Positions 46,901 to 61,171 of a stretch of 64,000 bases of DNA are shown here, in pieces. Position 1 is the first letter of the stretch. Each line of letters starts with the position of its first letter. The stretch spans positions 112,964,001-113,028,000 of the forward strand of contig OZ024740.1 in assembly GCA_964016885.1 (NCBI GenBank), given 5' to 3'. The stretch is from Eledone cirrhosa. Lineage: Eukaryota. Below the pieces are notes generated by a model. The model was not told the DNA's origin. It ran no database searches and saw nothing but the letters and a program-made list of their open reading frames with translations. Both the position numbers and the translations under genes were made by a program.

Positions 46901-48300
46901 CTTTTTTCATTCATTCATTCATTCTTTATGTCCCCCGTTCCTTCTTTTTTCATTCATTCATTCTTTATGTCCCTCGTTCCTTCTTTATTAATTCATTCAT
47001 TTTTTATTTCCCTCGTTCCTTCTTTTTTCATTCATTTATTCTTTATGTCCCTCGTTCCTTCTTTTTTCATTCATTCATTCTTTATTTCCCTCGTTCCTTC
47101 TTTTTTCATTCATTCATTCTTTATGTCCCTCGTTCCTTCGTTTTTCATTCATTCATTCTTTATTTCCCTCGTTCCTTCTTTTTTCATTCATTCATTCTTT
47201 ATGTCCCTGGTTCTTTCTTTTTTCATTCATTCATTCATTCTTTATGTCCCCCGTTCCTTCTTTTTTCATTCATTCATTCTTTATGTCCCTCGTTCCTCCT
47301 TTTTTCATTCATTCATTCTTTATATCCCTAGTTCCTTCCTTTTTACATTCATTCATTCTTTATTTCCCCCATTCCTTCTTTTTTCATTCATTCATTCTTT
47401 ATTTCCCTCGTTACTTCTTTTTTTCATTCATTCATTCTTTATTTCCCTCGTTCCTTCTTTTTTTCATTGATTCATTCTTTATTTCCCTCGTTCCTTCTTT
47501 TTTTTCATTCATTCATTCTTTATTTCGCCCGTTCCTTCTTTTTTTCATTCATTCATTCCTTATTTCCCTCGTTCCTTCTTTTTTCATTCATTCATACTTT
47601 ATTTCCCTCGTTCCTTCTTTTTTTCATTGATTCATTCTTTATTTCCCCCGTTCCTTCTTTTTTTTTCATTCATTCGTTCTTTATTTCCCCCGTACCTTCT
47701 TTTTTTCATTCATTCATTCCTTATTTCCCTCGTTCCTTCTTTTTTCATTCATTCATTCCTTATTTCCCTCGTTCCTTCTTTTTCATTCATTCATACTTTA
47801 TTTCCCTCGTTCCTTCTTTTTTCATTCATTCATTCTTTATTTCCCTCCTTCCTTCTTTTTTTCATTGATTCATTCTTTATTTCCCTCGTTCCTTCTTTTT
47901 TTTCATTCATTCATTCTTTATTTCGCCCGTTCCTTCTTTTTTTCATTCATTCATTCCTTATTTCCCTCGTTCCTTCTTTTTTCATTCATTCATACTTTAT
48001 TTCCCTCGTTCCTTCTTTTTTTCATTGATTCATTCTTTATTTCCCCCGTTCCTTCTTTTTTTTTCATTCATTCATTCTTTATTTCCCCCGTTCCTTCTTC
48101 TTTTCATTCATTCATTCCTTATTTCCCTCGTTCCTTCTTTTTTCATTCATTCATTCCTTATTTCCCTCGTTCCTTCTTTTTCATTCATTCATACTTTATT
48201 TCCCTCGTTCCTTCTTTTTTTCATTGATTCATTCTTTATTTCCCCCGTTCCTTCTTTTTTTCATTGATTCATTCTTTATTTCCCTCGTTCCTGCTTTCAT
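43960..48300 (+). repeat. Pyrimidine-rich satellite, ~39-43-bp monomer with 1193-bp and 398-bp higher-order periods
   Basis: Monomer (cattcatt)nctttat(t/g)tccctcgttccttcttttt. Matching ORF starts recur at 44858/46051/47244 and at 47467/47865 and 47627/48025. Confidence 0.95.
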
Positions 48301-48994
48301 TCATTCCTGCATTAACTCAGTAATTCATTCCTTCTTTAAATCTTTCATTCATTCAATACATCTTTCAATCATTCATTTTTCTTTCTTTCCTTCTTTGCCT
48401 TTCTTTCCTTTCAATAATTTATGAATTTATTCTTTACTCTTTCACTCATTCATGTTTTCTTTCTTTCTTTGTCTTTCTTTCCTTTCATTAATTTCTGAAT
48501 TTATTCTTTACTTTTTCAATCATTCATTTTTTTCTTTCTTTCGTTCTTTGCCTTTCTTTCCTTTAATTAATTTATGAATTTATTCTTTAGTCTTTCAATC
48601 ATTCATTTTTTCTTTCTTTCCTTTCATTAATTTCTGAATTTATCCTTGACTCTTTCAATCATTCATTCTTTTTGTTTCTTTCCGTTTTTTCCTTCTTTCC
48701 TTTCATTAATTTCTGAATTTATTCTTTACTCTATTACTTCGTTTATAAATACGTTCATTTCTTTCTCATTTCTAATTTTCATAAAAATATTTTATCCGCT
48801 CATTTTCTTCTTCATTTTATTTCCCTTCTTTTCAATCACACAACCTTTCATTTCAATCTTATTCCCTTACTGTCTTTCCTGCTTTCTTTTCTATTTCCTT
48901 CTCCCTTTTTATCTTTCTCTCTTTTATGTCTTTCTCTTTCTCTTTTCTGTTTGTTCAATCTATCTATCTATCTATCTATCTATCTCTATCTATG

Positions 48995-49100
<106 letters not shown>

Positions 49101-49608
49101 GCGTCTGAAAGGACTGAGGTCAGGCAACTTTCTCTCTGGCCAACAACTGGTCCGTTTCTTCCGATATCATTTCGGAAGAAGGATCAGGATGGAGAGAGAG
49201 GTGCTGCACCCCAGTCGTTTTTATGAAAGGTGGGTGAAAGTAGCGAGAATGGCCCGTGTGAATGGGCCTTCACTCTACATCAGACTATAGGTGAGGAAGA
49301 TGAAAGACCAAGGGAGCACCCCTTCTCTGTGCTCCTGAGGAAAAGGGTTGCACACTTTTTCGGGGGTGTGTGCGACCCCCAAGGCGCCTCCTCTCTATTG
49401 AGGATTTTGTTATAAATTTTATTTTTTGTTATATTTTATAACAAAATCCTCTATTGAGGATTTTGTTATAATTCTATTTTTTGTTATATTTTATTTTATT
49501 TTTATATATTGTTATTGCCTCCTCCCTATTGAGGACGCCTTGTTTTGTAAACTCCCCCCATTGTACTTGTCCCACTTTTGATGCCCTTGTGGCAAATAAA
49601 AGAAACAT
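49101..49608 (+). mobile_element. Short 5'-truncated copy of the L1/Tx1-like LINE
   Basis: Near-identical to 51434-51888; (TATC)n on both sides. Confidence 0.95.
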
Positions 49609-49633
49609 ATCTATCTATCTATCTATCTATCTA

Positions 49634-51623
49634 CTGCAACTGGCAACAGAACGGGAGAATTCCCTGTACTGTGACCAAGGGCGTAGTCACGCTAGTGAGG
49701 AAGGACGAGAACAAGGGGGACGAAATAAGTAACTTCAGGCCCATAACACTGCTAAATACAGAGTTACAGATTTTGGCCAAGGTGCTAGCAAAGAGGTTGG
49801 CGCTTGTCGTGGGCAACCTGGTGGGAGATGCGCAGACATGCGCTATCCCGTCCAGGTCCATCCATGACAACCTCCACCTCATGCGATACATCATAGAGAG
49901 GGTTGGGAACGAACCCGGCTTTGGTGGGGCTCTGATCAACTTGGATCAATCTAAGGCGTTCGATAGGGTCGACCATGGTTACCTGGATGCGGTGCTAGCG
50001 GCGGCAGGCTTCGGACCCGTTTTCAGGGGCTGGATCACTGCTATGCACAGCAGCCGCATCTGCTCTAGGGTCAAGGTGAACGGCTACCTCTCGGAGCCGT
50101 TCAAAATCGCGCGGTCCATCCGACAAGGGTGCCCTCTCTCCTCCCTTCTGTATGTGTTGACTCTAGAGCCACTACTGCGGAAGTTGGAGTTGTTGCAGGG
50201 CATCCCTTTGGAACCGGGATTGCGGAAAGCGGTGTCGGCCTACGCCGATGACGTGACAGTAATGGTGTCGACGGCCTCCGAAATCGAGGCGGTCGGCACC
50301 TTACTGGAGGAGTACGAAAAGTTCACAGGGGCTAAGCTGAACCGGGACAAGTCGATCGGTTTGCAACTCGGCACGTGGAGGGGCAGACCGATGCCCTCCG
50401 ATGGCGTCGTCGGACGCTGGACGGAGGGCCCGGTGAAGTTGCTCGGGGTCTGGTTCGGACCGGACCTCCAGGTGGAGAAAAACTGGGCGGAGGTTACGAA
50501 CAGGGTGTTTGCACTGACCCAGAAGTGGGCCAGTTGCAAACTATCCCTGAAAGGTCGGGCGGAGGTGGCGAACACCTACATAGCGTCCGTCATCTACTAC
50601 CGCCTGACCGTAGTGCCCTGCCCAAGGGAAACCCTCACCAAGATGGAGCGCGCGCTCTTCCAATTCCTTTGGAAGAGGCGGGCTCCTATGGTGAGGAGAT
50701 CCATCTGCTGTCAACACCCTTCGAAAGGAGGGCTGGGGATGCCGTGGCTAATGATGCGTAAACACGCATTAAGGCTACGGCACCTCTACGTATTCCTCAC
50801 CGGACAACCGGTGTGGGCCTCGTTTGTGAGACGAACCTTTCCCAGACTCGTCTCACTCACCGAGCTGCAATCCTGGGTCAAGCAAAGACCGAGAAAACTG
50901 GGCGCCTGGCACACTGAGTGTGCCCAGGCGCTCATCGCCCTCTGGCAGGCGGATCCGGTTATCAGTGGAGACTCCACCGCAACATTCTATAGAGGGCTGG
51001 TACGCAGCAGGTGCGACGACGCCCTCGGAGAAGCCCTAGACATGGAGGAGGACGAACTGGCCAGCCTGTTCGGTAGGACATTCAGCCCGGGACCTATGGA
51101 CAACTTCCAGAAGTCCCTGGCCTGGCAGTGCTACCGAGGGGCTTTACCCGTTCGAGAAAGGCTCTACAGACACGGGCGCCCGGGTAGGGACCCCGCCAAA
51201 AAGATCTGTCCCAGATGCGTGTGCGACGAGGAAACCGTTGCACACGCATTGGTACACTGCTCGGGCGTAGCCGATCTGTGGGGCTATGTCGAACAACTGC
51301 TGTCAAGGGTGGGACCGATCCGGTTGACCACCGAGTCTATTGTAATGATCAAGCCGCCTCCCCCCTTCAAAGATGATGCAGAGGCGGTGTTTCTGTGCGT
51401 AATAGCCATGGCGAAAGAGGTTGTATGGTGGACGCGTCTGAAAGGACTGAGGTCAGGCACCTTTCTCTCTGGCCAACAACTGGTCCGTTTCTTCCGATAT
51501 CATTTCGGAAGAAGGATCAGGATGGAGAGAGAGGTGCTGCACCCCAGCCGTTTCTATGAAAGATGGGTGAAAGTGGCGAGAATGGCCCGTGTGAATGGGC
51601 CTTCACTCTACATCAGACTATAG
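49634..51623 (+). CDS. L1/Tx1-clade LINE ORF2 (RT plus C-terminal CCHC), 5'-truncated with no APE domain, uninterrupted
   Basis: FRPITLLN, LDQSKAFDRVDH, IRQGCPLS, AYADDV, LLGV, GGLG, CPRC..ETVAHAL.HC. About 660 codons without stops. 3' UTR runs to ~51888 with AATAAA, then (TATC)n. Confidence 0.92.
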
Positions 51624-51887
51624 GTGAGGAAGATGAAAGACCAAGGGAGCACCCCTTCTCTGTGCTCCTGAGGAGAAGGGTTGCACACTTTTTTCGGGGG
51701 TGTGTGCGACCCCCCAAGGCGCCTCCTCTCTATTGAGGATTTTGTTAAAAATTTTATTTTTTGTTATATCTTATTTTATTTTTATATTTTGTTATTGCCT
51801 CCTCCTTATTGAGGACGCCTTTTTGTGTAAACTCCCCCCTTTGTACTTGTCCCACTTTTGATGCCCTAGTGGCAAATAAAAGAAACA

Positions 51888-51950
<63 letters not shown>

Positions 51951-51968
51951 ATATCTATCTATCTATCT

Positions 51969-52212
51969 GAAGATAAACAGAGAGAAGACAGGAACACCTT
52001 CAAAACGTGTTCCTGGTGTTGAGGGTTGTTCTATCCACGGGGTGTAAAACAACCCTGCAGTAACGTTCCCCCCCTATTGGGGATTTCAATTGTTATTTTA
52101 TTATATATAGTTTATTGTTATTTATTAATGTTAAAGTTGTTTTTATGTAAAACCCCCGTCGTCACGTCTTGTAATGTCCCATTTTGTAAGCCCCTGTGGC
52201 AAATAATGAAAG
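51969..52212 (+). mobile_element. 3' UTR fragment of a sister Tx1-like family
   Basis: Shares ctattg.ggattt, gtaaa..cccc and gccc.tgtggcaaataa with the Tx1 3' UTR; (TATC)n on both sides. Confidence 0.75.
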
Positions 52213-52213
52213 A

Positions 52214-52271
<58 letters not shown>

Positions 52272-52845
52272 GCTATCTATCTATCGGTCTGTCTATCTAT
52301 CTATTTGCCTGACTTCCTTTCTTCTCTTCCCATTCCGCTTCTAGTTTTACATCTGCCTTGCTTCTTATTTCTCCGATGTTCTTCGTCCATCTTTTCAATT
52401 CATCATCCTTTGTCCCCCTCCTTCCACTAATTCAAATTGATTTATTTGAATGCCAACAGAGAACAATCACAATATTTCTCAATCAGACTCTAATGCTGAT
52501 TAGTTAGAGAGAAAAAAGGCCATTTCTTGCATGCCTGTTCTATTAAGCACCCAAATTAACCACAATTTCACCTTCTCCTTCAGCCCAACTCCACTGCTCT
52601 TACAATTACTGAAGAAGTTTAAATTTCTTTACAGCAGCAACACCACATTTGTGCTTTATTTAATTTCTTGTGAGGCCTCCACTTTCATTTAAAATTTGTA
52701 TCCAAATTGAAATGACATCATTGACAGAACTTCTTCAATTTTAAGGAGCTCTACATTAGAATGACTATAGCTATATCAGACTAAGTAAACACACAGAGCT
52801 ACCAACTCATTGATAGAGGAAGATCTGGAATTAAATCAGAATTAA

Positions 52846-53531
52846 CCCTATCATCATGCCGGAGTGTGTGTGTGGGTGGGTTGGGGGTGCTCTCAGACCC
52901 CCCCCCCTCGTTTCTTTTACATAACTTTTGGAAGGTAGCAATTTTACTCTGAAATTTCGTGACGTTTCCAAAAAATTTCTTAAAAATTTCTGTTAAATGC
53001 TCATAACTGATTTTGAAGACACTTTTCCCGTTGTCATGGAAACGACAGGAATTGAACAGGTGGTATAACATTATATGTCTTTTATTTTTATTGTTACAAC
53101 ATTTGACTATACAGCCTTTGTAACCGAAACAATATCGCCAAACAACATTATCAATCTAATGTATGTGTTTTGCATTGCTTGGCAACGGTTGCTATGACAA
53201 CCACGTCGTTTCCATGGCAACAATGTTTAAAAAAAAAAATTATTTCTTTTATTAGCAAACATGGCAAATGACAGTATCTATATGCAGTACCTATATTCCT
53301 GCCTAGTTTCATGTCATTGCTTTAGTAGTTCTGGAAAACAAATTTGAACACTATAAAAGTATTAGTTTTAACACATCTGAATACGACTGAAGAATGCCGA
53401 CGTCAGCAACATGTTTTTAATGCAGAAATATGCACTGTCAATGGTCTATACGCGTTATGTTTCATTGCCATAGCATTAGTGGCTCAGAAATAAAGCTCAC
53501 GGAACCCCGAAAACCGCCAGGTTTTATAGGG
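52846..53531. mobile_element. Non-autonomous DNA element with TTAA|CCCTAT...ATAGGG ends (piggyBac-like)
   Basis: Short TIRs; the right target site is degenerate (tcat). It interrupts the tandem repeat. Confidence 0.45.
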
Positions 53532-53823
53532 TCATCCAACTTGAAATGTCGTCATAAAAAAAAAATCTTCAATTTTAAGGAGTCTTATATTGGACTAAGC
53601 AAACAGACACATCTACCAATACATTAATAAAGGAGGATCTTGAATTAAATCCCAATTAAGTTAATGACATCCAAATTGAAATGACGTCATTGTAAGGACA
53701 TCTTCAATTTTAAGAAGAGCTACGTTAGAAGAACCATTAATTACATGAATCTAAGCAACTACACAAAGCTATAGGTATATATTCATACAGGCAGGTCCCA
53801 AATTAATCAACATTAATGTTTCT

Positions 53824-54194
53824 GGCGTTGAATTGGCAGTATCGGTAGAGGGTCGGACGCCATGCTTTCCAGCATAGTTACGTCCCTTTACGATCCGAGT
53901 TCAAATCTCGCCGAGGTTGACTTTGCCTTTCATCCTTACGGGGTCGATAAAATAAAGTACCAGTAATGTACTGGGTAATTGCTGGCCTTGTGCCTAAAGT
54001 AGAAACAATTAATGTTTCTGGCAGTATCGGTAGATGGTCGGACGCCATGCTTTGACGCATAGAGTTACGGCCTTTGCCATTCTGAGTTCAAATCCCGCCG
54101 AGGTTAACTTTGCCTTTCATCCTTACGGGGTCGATAAAATAAAGTAACAGTAATGCACTGAGTAATTGCTGGCCTTGTGCCAAACGTAGAAACA
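53824..54194 (+). mobile_element. Two tandem SINEs of different subfamilies sharing one target motif
   Basis: attaatgtttct at 53812, 54008 and 54195. Confidence 0.9.
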
Positions 54195-54794
54195 ATTAAT
54201 GTTTCTTGACTTCTAAACCTAACTGCAGAAACTCAAGTTCCTTTTCCCAATATTCGTGCACTATCTAATTTCTTAAAAGAGTTTCATTTTCATTAATTCA
54301 AAAGTGAATTATATCCAAATTGAAATGACACCGTAGTAAGAATATTTTCAAACTTTAGGGATTGCTAAATTAGAAGAACTATACTTTACATCGGACTTTA
54401 GCTTAGAAACCTACCAACATATTTACAGGGTAACCGAATTATAATGACGTCCTATTAAGGATGATCTCTTCAATTTTAAGGATCTTACATTAGAACTGTA
54501 GATTATCTCGGACTAAATAAGTACACAACACATTTATAGAGGAGGTTACAAATTAACCAGAACTAATGTCCCAAACTAACCACTTTTTTGTGTCTCACCC
54601 ATCCTTAAAATTATTTCAGAGATATTTCTTTCCATTATGTTAAAGCCGATAGCTTAGCCCATCAAAACATAGAAATCAATCGCAAAAAACCCCCCAAAAA
54701 GTCAAACTAAGCTTAAGTATTAGTATCAATGTAAATGAAGAAAACCCACGAAGTTGGTGACACAGCATGGCCACAATCCAATTACTAAAAGTTA

Positions 54795-54842
<48 letters not shown>

Positions 54843-54956
54843 GAAGAGAGAGAGAGAGAGAGAGGAAGAGAGAGAGAGAGAGAGGAAGAGAGAGAGAGAG
54901 AGATAGAGAGTTATGAAACAGTGTATTTATATACATATACACACTCATAGATACAT

Positions 54957-55032
<76 letters not shown>

Positions 55033-55120
55033 TGAAAAAATGGTATACAAAAATATGAAATCTATCTTATCCCCTTCATCTATAAAAGATTTGTTGTCTA
55101 GCCAAATAATCACACACTCA

Positions 55121-55208
<88 letters not shown>

Positions 55209-56091
55209 CATCTTGAAAAGAAAAACAAGTTGATCTCAGGACATCTTTTACGGGATCTCTGTAAATAGCAGCTTTTTCTTTTCCTTGATATATTCACAAG
55301 AACTTGTGGCTCTAATTCTATATCATATTATTTGAACCTATCTTTTCTCTTAGCATCTTTTTTACGCTATGCCAGAAATGTCTAAAATCAAGGCAAACTG
55401 TTCCAAAATTTCGGTAAATTTTTTGGAACGAAGAAATAAAGTAGTGAGCTAATGTTAAATCGTTAATATCTATATATCTTATATACGATGTTACAACAAA
55501 AAGACGGATGGAGGAGATAGAAGGAGGGGAGAAGAGGTGGCTGAAATGGGAGAATAGCAATAAAAAAAAAAGTAAGAAATGAAACTATAACATTTGGTGC
55601 CAAATTTCAAAGCGTTGTTAACAATCAATATCTTTGGTGATGTAGTCTGGCGTGGTTTACTCTTTCCTTTTATCGAATGATGGCTATATTTAAAACAGAT
55701 TTGTTTATTTAATTTTGTTTATTATTTGGAAATGGTTAACTTTGCAGAAGTAGTTATATTCTATTCTAAGAAAGTATTTCTCTTCTTTAGTTACATAGAT
55801 AAAATTGTGAAAAAGAAAACAATAATAATATAGAAAATCATTAATGAGAAAAATGAAATTAAAACAAACATCAACAAAGGCAATATTGTCTGTGAAGTGT
55901 ATTTTGTTTCTTGGTATTTTTGCTATTTTCTCTTATGCTCTGGACGTTGGCTTAGCTGAGTAATTAGAAAGTTCGCTTTCAGGTTCAATCATAGGGAATG
56001 GCATCTTGTACAAGTGTGTTTTTACAATAGGTTGAGGTTTACGCAAACCTTGTAAGTGATGGAAACTGAGTGGAAGCCAGTCGGATAATAT

Positions 56092-56265
56092 TTGGCAGTA
56101 TCGGTAGAGGGTCGAACACCATACTTTGCAACATAGAGTTATGGTCCTTTACGTTCTGTGTTCAAATCCCGCCGAGGTTAACTTTGCCTTTCATCCTTCG
56201 ATAAAATAAAGGATCAGTAATGCACTGGAATAATTACAGGCATTGTGCCAAAAGTAGAAACAGTT
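56092..56265 (+). mobile_element. tRNA-derived SINE
   Basis: Family match with a small deletion in the core. Confidence 0.85.
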
Positions 56266-56815
56266 ATTATAACTGTAATCCAAAGGTCCAATCTTATCAG
56301 TCCCTATATGTCACTAATTCTGTGTGAGAACTGCATTAAGTATGTATGTATCTGTGGATAATCAGCCACGTATGTTTTAATTAAACGAATAGGAACGTTC
56401 AGCTGATGTAGCAATTGAATGCTCATCTACCGCATTCTTTGGGAGGTATTCCATTTACCAGTTATAATAAAGTTGTTATAAAAGTTCTCATTATAATCAT
56501 TCACAAATTGTGTAACTAAATATTTGAGCTGTGAGAACTGTTTAAATTTTCTTTTGTTTACAAATTAGTTGCTAAATGATGACACGAGGAATATTTAGCA
56601 ATAAAAATGTTATTCTGATCGGTATTCTGAAATCGATAGATGTAATGATAAAATCGAAGATATTTCGAAATCTATATCATTAATTGTATACATTAACTGT
56701 ATACATTAGTATACTTTTACCAAGATTTCGCTACATCTTTTATCAAAATATATATCCCATAAAACTTAATATTATGCAACACACACACACACACACGCAC
56801 ACACACGCACACACA

Positions 56816-56873
<58 letters not shown>

Positions 56874-56957
56874 ACTATTCTATTCTCTGTCTCTCTCTCT
56901 CTCTATATATATATATATACATATTTGTGTGTGTGTGTGTGTACAGGGAAAATAATA

Positions 56958-57132
56958 ATTGTTTCTATTTTAGGCACAAGGCCAGCAATTACTCAGTACA
57001 TTACTGGTACTTTGTTTTATCGACTCCGTAAGGATGAAAGGCAAAGTTGACCTCGGCAGGATGTGAACTCAGATCGTAAAGGTACGTAACTATGCTGCAA
57101 AGCATGTCCGACCTTCTACCGATACTGCCAAA
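56958..57132 (-). mobile_element. tRNA-derived SINE
   Basis: Family match; aaataataa on both flanks is a possible TSD. Confidence 0.85.
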
Positions 57133-57289
57133 TAATAAAGAATTGAAGTTGCACCTAATGTTTTATACATACATGCACGTTTACACACGGAAAAAAAGAA
57201 TTAGTACATACGAAATAAATTATGTATTTTTAAAAATCTAGTTAGATTTTCAGACATAGTCACACTTTTGTGGAGAGACTAGAAGATAC

Positions 57290-57378
<89 letters not shown>

Positions 57379-57529
57379 GCGTGCCTCTCTGTGTGTGTGT
57401 GTTTGTGTGTCTTTAGGTTCCTTATCACATGATTTGATCGTTTTTGTTTGTTGTAATCAAATACCTGTTTTTTCAGAAGAGAATCTGTTGTATTTTCAGC
57501 CTCATTCAGATTTAGTTACAGGCGGCAAA

Positions 57530-57587
<58 letters not shown>

Positions 57588-57592
<5 letters not shown>

Positions 57593-57779
57593 AACCAGTA
57601 AGACCCCGACAGCTGAGCTCAAGCCGTTTCGACGGCTAATTCTGGACTGAATTAGCCGTCGAAACGGCTTGAGCTCAGCTGTCGGGGTCTTACTGGTTCC
57701 TATTACCCACTCTACTACCTCAAGTATTGAGTACTTTGGTGCGTTATGGTCCACCTGGTTCCTTACCACATTTCCTTCG

Positions 57780-57781
<2 letters not shown>
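57588..57781. mobile_element. Fold-back element, family B (opposite orientation, perfect arms)
   Basis: ataggaaccagtaagaccccgacagctgagctcaagccgtttcgacggctaattc-tggact-gaattagccg...ggttcctat plus tail. Confidence 0.92.
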
Positions 57782-57841
<60 letters not shown>

Positions 57842-58173
57842 TAATTAGAGTATGTGTTAATTTATCATCAACACTTAAGTATGCACGATAGAGCACTTGA
57901 CAAAGTACGCAAGTGGGTCTGTTTACTCCGGAGTATATCTATTACCATGCAGTACAAGCAACATGTTACACAATTCACTTCGTTTATTCATAATAGCTAT
58001 TATATATATTTCTTTGATAATCGTTATGCAACAGCTATGACTTCAGCGTACAGCCAGAAGTTGAAAAAAAAAACCCCAGGAAAACATAAAGAGGAAATAA
58101 AGCTTACTTCTGTTGCTTCGATTCATTGATATGCCCCGGACTGATATTTGGTGTTGCTCTCTCAAAGCACAGG

Positions 58174-58229
<56 letters not shown>

Positions 58230-58230
58230 C

Positions 58231-58271
<41 letters not shown>

Positions 58272-58302
58272 GTGTGCGTGTGTGTGCGTGTGTGTATGTG
58301 TA

Positions 58303-58558
58303 TGTAATAAACAGCACAATATAATTATTCCATTACCCAAGGTTTCACGAAGTCAGACTATTCTAACAGAGGCGTCTGAAGTTATTAATCAGATAGAAAT
58401 CTTTAATTTGGATATAAAATATCTTATATCCGAATTAAAGATTTCTATCTGATGAACGACTTCAGACGCCTAAGTTAGAATAGTCTGACTTCGTGAAACC
58501 TTGGGTAATGGAATAGTTATATTGTGTTGTTTATTACATGATTAAATACCTCTGTACT
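58303..58558. mobile_element. Fold-back element with intact hammerhead at 58443-58513
   Basis: ttctat-CTGATGA-acga..tcagac...gtctga..tcgt-GAAA-cc-ttg-gg-TA^atggaa; arms ~115 bp. Confidence 0.88.
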
Positions 58559-58894
58559 ATATATAAAGCACTCTTATTTCCTTTACCTTTTCCACGGAAA
58601 TACTTAACATACACTTCCCCCACTTTCTTTCTCTCCCTTTCTCCCTCTCACTTTCAATCACCCTCTCTCTGCTAGCCACCTCATTGTTTCCCTCGCCTGA
58701 CCCTCTTCCAGTTCTTTTCTCACTTACATTCGCTGGGATGAGACGTGTCTTTGCATTCGTCCACACGCTCTATAACTCATGTTCAGCACTGATGAGGACT
58801 TGGATTTTCTTTCTTTAAATATGGTCGCACATTCTTCGGTTTGTTGTTTTTAAGCCTACTTTAACTAGCAACTACACAGTCTTCCGATTCTCCA

Positions 58895-59325
<431 letters not shown>

Positions 59326-59848
59326 TACCGGCTTTCAGAATATTTCCATCAACCATAATTTCGTTATAACAGTTTATGATAAAAAACACTTTCCAAATGT
59401 ACCACAGTTGGATGAAACTTGGAAAGACGTGGTCTCAAAACAAACGTCGTAACCAGGCACAACCTTTATTTTGCCTATTAGAACTATATATCTTTTTCTT
59501 ATCTGACCTATGTAGAGAAAACATATGATAATGTCTAACTCTGTGAAACCTTGTGTGCTCAACAGGAATTCCATATTTATTTTGATGCGAGATCTCAAAT
59601 TATATCCAGTCGTAGTCTTCATCTCATAGATACCACCCAGGTGGAATTTATGACGTTACACTCGTAGTATTTTAAAAGGGATAAATTAAGTTTATCCATG
59701 GCATTAATCTTGCTGTTTCTCTCTTTCCAATCTAAGTTACATTTCTGTTTTATGTTTTTCACTTATTTTTACTCTTTCGCTTGTTCTCCGTATCAGTACA
59801 TGCATGTAGTGAAACAATCATATATATATATATATATGGAGAGAGAGA

Positions 59849-59913
<65 letters not shown>

Positions 59914-60487
59914 GAAAGAGAGAGAGAAAAATAGAAAGAGAGAAAGAGAGAGAGAGAGAGAGGGAGGGGGAGAGTGAGAGAGGGACTGAGAGAGAGTGAG
60001 AGAGAGACTGAGAGAGATAGAGTGTGAGAGAGAGATGGGGGGGGGGGAGACTCCTACATATTTCTCTGCCTAAGTGAACAACAAAGTTCCTACTGTGTAT
60101 TTTGTTCCGACTATTTGTTTTAACTCGTCTTGTAGCTAAATACACCCGGTCACATTTCTGAGATTTTGCTGTCTGTTTATATATGTTTTTACTATCCTTA
60201 TACCATAGGAATATCTGTTCCTGAAAATACATATACCCACGCATGATTGCCTGTACAAACTTAATGATTCGTGTGTATATATATATACGTGTGTGTAAAA
60301 TATATATGAGGTTATAGTGTACTTCTTCATTATCTTTGTTGGTAAGATGAGATAAGCTTGATGCAATTTACCGTCCTCTGGTCATCAGGAGGATCAAAAA
60401 TGAATGATTAAAGGCGGTTCGGTAGCGGAGTATTCAGTTCTAATTTAACTTTAGAACATGATTAGGAAAAATAATAGGTAATTATAG

Positions 60488-60520
<33 letters not shown>

Positions 60521-60523
<3 letters not shown>

Positions 60524-60720
60524 TTAATATAGATGAGATTCTACAGGACTAGAACTGTTTCATTCTTTAGAAATCATCAGGAATCAGATTCCTGATGATT
60601 TCTAAAGAATGAAACAGTTCTAGTCCTGTAGAATCTCATCTATATTAAATCTTTTATACTCTGCTATGTATTGAGTACCTTACTTACTGTGGTTATCTCC
60701 GATTCAACCCGGAATAACGT
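60521..60720 (+). mobile_element. Fold-back hammerhead element, family A (perfect arms)
   Basis: Apex gaatc-a-gattc. Hammerhead at 60586-60636 is identical to the one at 17245-17295. Confidence 0.92.
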
Positions 60721-60735
60721 ATATATATATATATT

Positions 60736-60841
<106 letters not shown>

Positions 60842-60963
60842 AATATAAATTAGCGAGAATCGTATTTCAGCTATTGGAAATTAGCGAAAAAACAACTTCC
60901 GAGATGTGTGGCAAGCGCTCCATAGAAACGAGTGAACTAGAGCTACAACATAAGTTAAAAGGC

Positions 60964-61006
<43 letters not shown>

Positions 61007-61010
<4 letters not shown>

Positions 61011-61158
61011 AAAGAAAGTGTGGTAAGAAACCAGGTGGACCATAACGCACCAGAGTACTCGATACTTAGGGTAGTAGAGTGGGTAATAACTGGCTTAGTT
61101 CGGATCTAGCTGTCGAGCGGCCGGAGTTCAGCCGTCGGTATCCTGACTATTTTCCTAT
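61007..61158. mobile_element. Family B element with most of the left arm missing
   Basis: Tail gtggaccataacgcaccagagtactcgatacttagggtagtagagtgggtaata joined to the right arm. Confidence 0.8.
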
Positions 61159-61171
61159 ATATATATATATA

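Larger units (their letters stand above)
52700..54565 (+). repeat. Old ~140-bp tandem repeat interrupted by insertions
   Basis: atccaa(a)ttgaaatg(a)c.tc...tcttcaattttaag..ttagaa recurs near 52700, 53534, 53669, 54313 and 54435. Confidence 0.75.

Noticed and set aside
43798-48424. Long F/S/I/H-rich ORFs (up to 666 aa)
   Set aside because: Open in several frames only because the pyrimidine-rich satellite rarely contains stop codons.
60355-60392. Weak hammerhead-like hits (also near 2030, 6800, 37243, 38142, 58789 and 63349)
   Set aside because: Core nucleotides are mutated or stem I/III cannot be paired convincingly. They may be decayed copies but are not called as ribozymes.
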